Shown here one piece after another: positions 61,070 to 64,000 of a DNA stretch of 64,000 bases (the stretch's first letter is position 1; each line of letters begins with the position of its first letter). The position numbers were made by a program, and so were the translations under genes. Below the pieces are notes generated by a model. That model did not search any database and was not told the origin of the DNA. It saw only the letters and a program-made list of their open reading frames with translations. Source of the stretch: Macrostomum lignano (taxonomy: Eukaryota); assembly GCA_002269645.1 (NCBI GenBank), contig NIVC01000396.1, positions 124,001 to 188,000 of the forward strand, given 5' to 3'.

Positions 61070-61247
61070 CCCCGCGGCTTGGCCAAGCAGCCCCGATGGA
61101 GGCCAGTCGCACGTGCCGGCAATCTATCAGCTGTTTGATGACAATTTGGCGGTCACAGCTGAGTACGTGCGGCACCAACAGGGCGCCGACCATCCCAAGT
61201 ACCACCGCGCACTGGCGGCCTTTGTCACTCTGCGAACCAAACTGTAG
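61070..61247 (+). CDS. Cadherin terminal exon, option 3 (tail ends ...LRTKL)
   Basis: TTTCAG acceptor, phase 2, GC-rich open frame to TAG at 61245-61247; class I PDZ-type C-terminus T-K-L. Confidence 0.65.
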
Positions 61248-62115
61248 TGCAATGTTGGATGGCCGTACATTATAAATGCATGCTTTCCCTGCCTTCTTGC
61301 TTATCCTTTCACTCTAATCTTGTTTATTATTAATATCACCTGATGAAGGAATATTCTCTTTTCTTAACTTCTATTTATCACCAATGCTTGCAATTTCTAG
61401 TCAGAGCTTCTGAGCACAAAGAATCTATCTAAGAAATAGACACTTAATATTTGTATTGTATGAAAAATCTATTTATTTTTTTCTGAAAAAATGTAAATCG
61501 TACCCTTGTTTTTGTTGCTTTATTAAGAATTTTTTCATTAAGATATATTGGATGAAAAATCGATAAGAAAGACAATTATCGAATTTAGCCTTTTTCATTA
61601 AAAGAACTCTGGCTCTTATTTACAAAGTGTTAAAATTACCCAAAAATAGCTTCAGCAATACAAAACCAGATTCAGAAGGATGAGAATTTATTGAAGTAGA
61701 AAATTACAAAATCAAAATAATGGTTACTCAATTTACCATAGCAGCAGTTTATCAAAGACTACTCAAGTAGAAGGGTGGAGAATTTCATTTCTTAGAAAAT
61801 CTTAGGAGGCAGATTTTACTGAAAAATACATTACGGAGAGAGCATTGTTTCTCGTCCATAATGTTATAAAGTAGTCCTATAATATACAAGTAGTCCTTTA
61901 TATGCAATTATTGCACACAGTTTTTTAGGCATTTTTTGGATAAATCAAAATGATGAAACAAAAGCAAAACTGAGAGGAATATGTTTTATGGCACTGCCGA
62001 ACTTCAACTTTAAAATGACATAATATCACTTCTGGGTTGAAGGAAATAAAAAAGTACCCAGAATTTCGTATCGTAAATAAACTCTTTTTAAATAAACTTC
62101 TTTTGGGCCAACTTG

Positions 62116-62730
62116 TCACTCTAGCAATGGCTCCCTAATCATCAGCCAGTCAATAGTCTATGGCCCAAACTGTCACTCTAGCAATGGCTTTCATCCCATC
62201 CATCATCAGCCAATCAATAGTCTATGGCCCAACCTGTCACTCTAGCAATGGCTCCCATCCCATCCATCATCAGACACTCGATAGTCTATGGCCCAACCTG
62301 TCACTCTAGCAATGGCTCTCATCCGATCCATCATCAGCCACTCAATAGTCTATGGCCCAAACTGTCACTCTAGCAATGGCTTTCATCCCATCCATCATCA
62401 GCCACTCAATAGTCTATGGCCCAATTTGTCCCTCTAGCGATGGCTCTCAGACCATCATCAGCCACTAAATAGTCTATGGCCTATCTCTAGCGCTGGCTCC
62501 CATCCTATCCATCATCAGCCACTCAATAGTCTATGGCCCAACCTGTCACTCTAGCAATGGCTCTCATCCAATCCATCATCAGCCAGTCAATAGTCTATGG
62601 CCCAACCTGTCCCTCTAGCAATGGCTCCCATCCCATCCATCATCAGCCACTAAATAGTCTATGGCCCAAACTGTCACTCTAGCAATGGCTCCCATCCGAT
62701 TCATCATCAGCCACTCAATAGTCTATGGCC
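62116..62730. repeat. About 64-bp minisatellite directly 3' of the CD36-like stop codon
   Basis: About 10 units TAGTCTATGGCCCAA...CATCAGCCACTCAA. Confidence 0.9.
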
Positions 62731-62737
62731 GAGCCTA

Positions 62738-64000
62738 TCAGGCCGTAGCAACGGGCTCCTCCTGTGCCAGCAGCCCAGTCCGATCGCCTTCGCCGACGTC
62801 CCTGACTGCTGCATCACTGTCCTGGACTTCGCTGCCTGCCTCCGTGACAGCGCAATTAACTGAACCGTCCCCGCCGACGCTTACACCGACGCCATTGACG
62901 ACGTTTTCAACGGCTCCCGACGTCGGTGACGAATCAGCCTGGGTGGTTTTTGCGTTTCTCCTTCGCTGCAATAGCAGCAGAAACGTTGCCACAGTTGTTA
63001 CTAAGCTTCCCAGGCCCATGGCAACCCCGATAGCGATTTTGGCAACCAACTGCGGGGTCAGCAGAAGGTCACGCAACTGACTAGCCGTGTCGACGTCAAC
63101 GACGGCGCTCTCGTTTATCCACAGCATCGGGTAGAACTGGGACCGGAGATTCGGCGCGAACGCGGCGTAGGCGGGACCCGCGTCCAGCTGAAGGTTGATC
63201 TGCAGCCGCTTGTACAGCTGCAGCACCGCCCCACTCAGCGGCTCGATGTCCACGTAGGTGCGGTGGGCGCGGTCGTCAGGGTACAGGCCGCGTACCGAGG
63301 CCTGGGAGGAAAAGGGATTTGTATCTTGATTAAGATGGGTATCAAGATTGGGATTGGGGTCTGGATTGGGATGGGGATCTGGATTGGGATGGGGATCTGG
63401 ATTGGGATGGGGATCTGGATTGGGATGGGGATCTGGATTGGGATAGGGATCTGGATTGGGATTGGGATCTGGATTGGGATGGGGATCTGGATTGGGATTG
63501 GGATCTGGATTGGGATGGGGATCTGGATTGGGATAGGGATCTGGATTGGGATTGGGATCTGGATTGGGATGGGGATCTGGATTGGGATTGGGATCTGGAT
63601 TGGGATGGGGATCTGGAATGGGATGGAGATCTGGGTTGGGATCTGGACGCAGACAGGGAATCCAATTACCTGAATCTCGGGAGCAGCCAGCAGGAAGTGC
63701 GGCAAAGAGGCCACCACAGGTATGTGAAGGCCGTCGAGCCTTTTGCACTCGGTGAGGTTGAACAGGCCGGCGGGAAGACAGTTACCGGCCGGGGTGCAAT
63801 AGCCCGCATTGTCCGGGTTCTCGCTGGCGTTGGCCAGCAGCCTGTCCGGACCGGTGAATCGCCACAACCGGAGGAGGCCGCCAGCCGCATCAACCTCGCT
63901 GTCGAAGACTCCATAGAGTGAGCGGCAGATGTCGGAGATGAAGGCGGGCAGCAGGGCGGATTTGTTAAGGAACGGCGGAGCCAGACTGCCGTCGGAGCCG
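62738..64000 (-). CDS. CD36/scavenger receptor class B family protein, last two exons (gene continues beyond the window)
   Basis: Exons 64000-63670 and 63301-62738 (phase-0 GT-AG intron). Motifs GSDGSLAPPF, DICRS, YC...C.PAGLFNLTEC, SLPHFL, DIEPLSG, KRLQIN, YPMLWINES, C-terminal TM helix. Confidence 0.93.
63335..63645. repeat. Hexamer-based intronic satellite (GGATTG/GGATGG/GGATCT)
   Basis: Fills the last intron of the CD36-like gene. Confidence 0.95.

Noticed and set aside
60146-61275. Listed ORFs 60146-60529 (-), 60921-61205 (-) and 60967-61275 (+) as independent genes
   Set aside because: No domain signal; the GC-rich parts are better explained by the phase-2 terminal exons in other frames.
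63302-63669. PDPNPN/IPIQ repeat as part of the CD36-like protein
   Set aside because: Bounded by GT-AG sites whose removal restores a continuous CD36 domain.

Overview
Eukaryotic (animal) genomic DNA with GC-rich exons in an AT-rich, very repeat-dense background. The style (GC-rich coding islands, a different minisatellite in almost every intron, TTAGGG tracts) resembles a free-living flatworm such as Macrostomum; this is inference only. Host genes: an atypical C-terminal-motor kinesin (632-3448, -), APC10 (38837-39799, +), two intronless orphan membrane-protein ORFs (43939-44262 and 45805-46746, +), a five-repeat cadherin with a mucin-like stalk (about 48657-61247, +) and the 3' end of a CD36/SCARB receptor (62738-64000, -). 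Mobile DNA: a Tc1/IS630-type deletion derivative, three MITEs, an Ngaro/DIRS-type tyrosine-recombinase element lacking RT, an 18.6-kb block of six non-autonomous Helitron-like elements (8402-27027) carrying large minisatellite arrays, fossils of KDZ and THAP/P-type transposases, and two RT/RNase H-family LINE copies. Strongest new observation: the cadherin gene has three GC-rich candidate last exons, all in the same splice phase, giving three different cytoplasmic tails (two ending in class I PDZ-type motifs), reminiscent of vertebrate PCDH15 CD1/CD2/CD3. All exon structures were read by hand from splice signals and frame; no database search was run.
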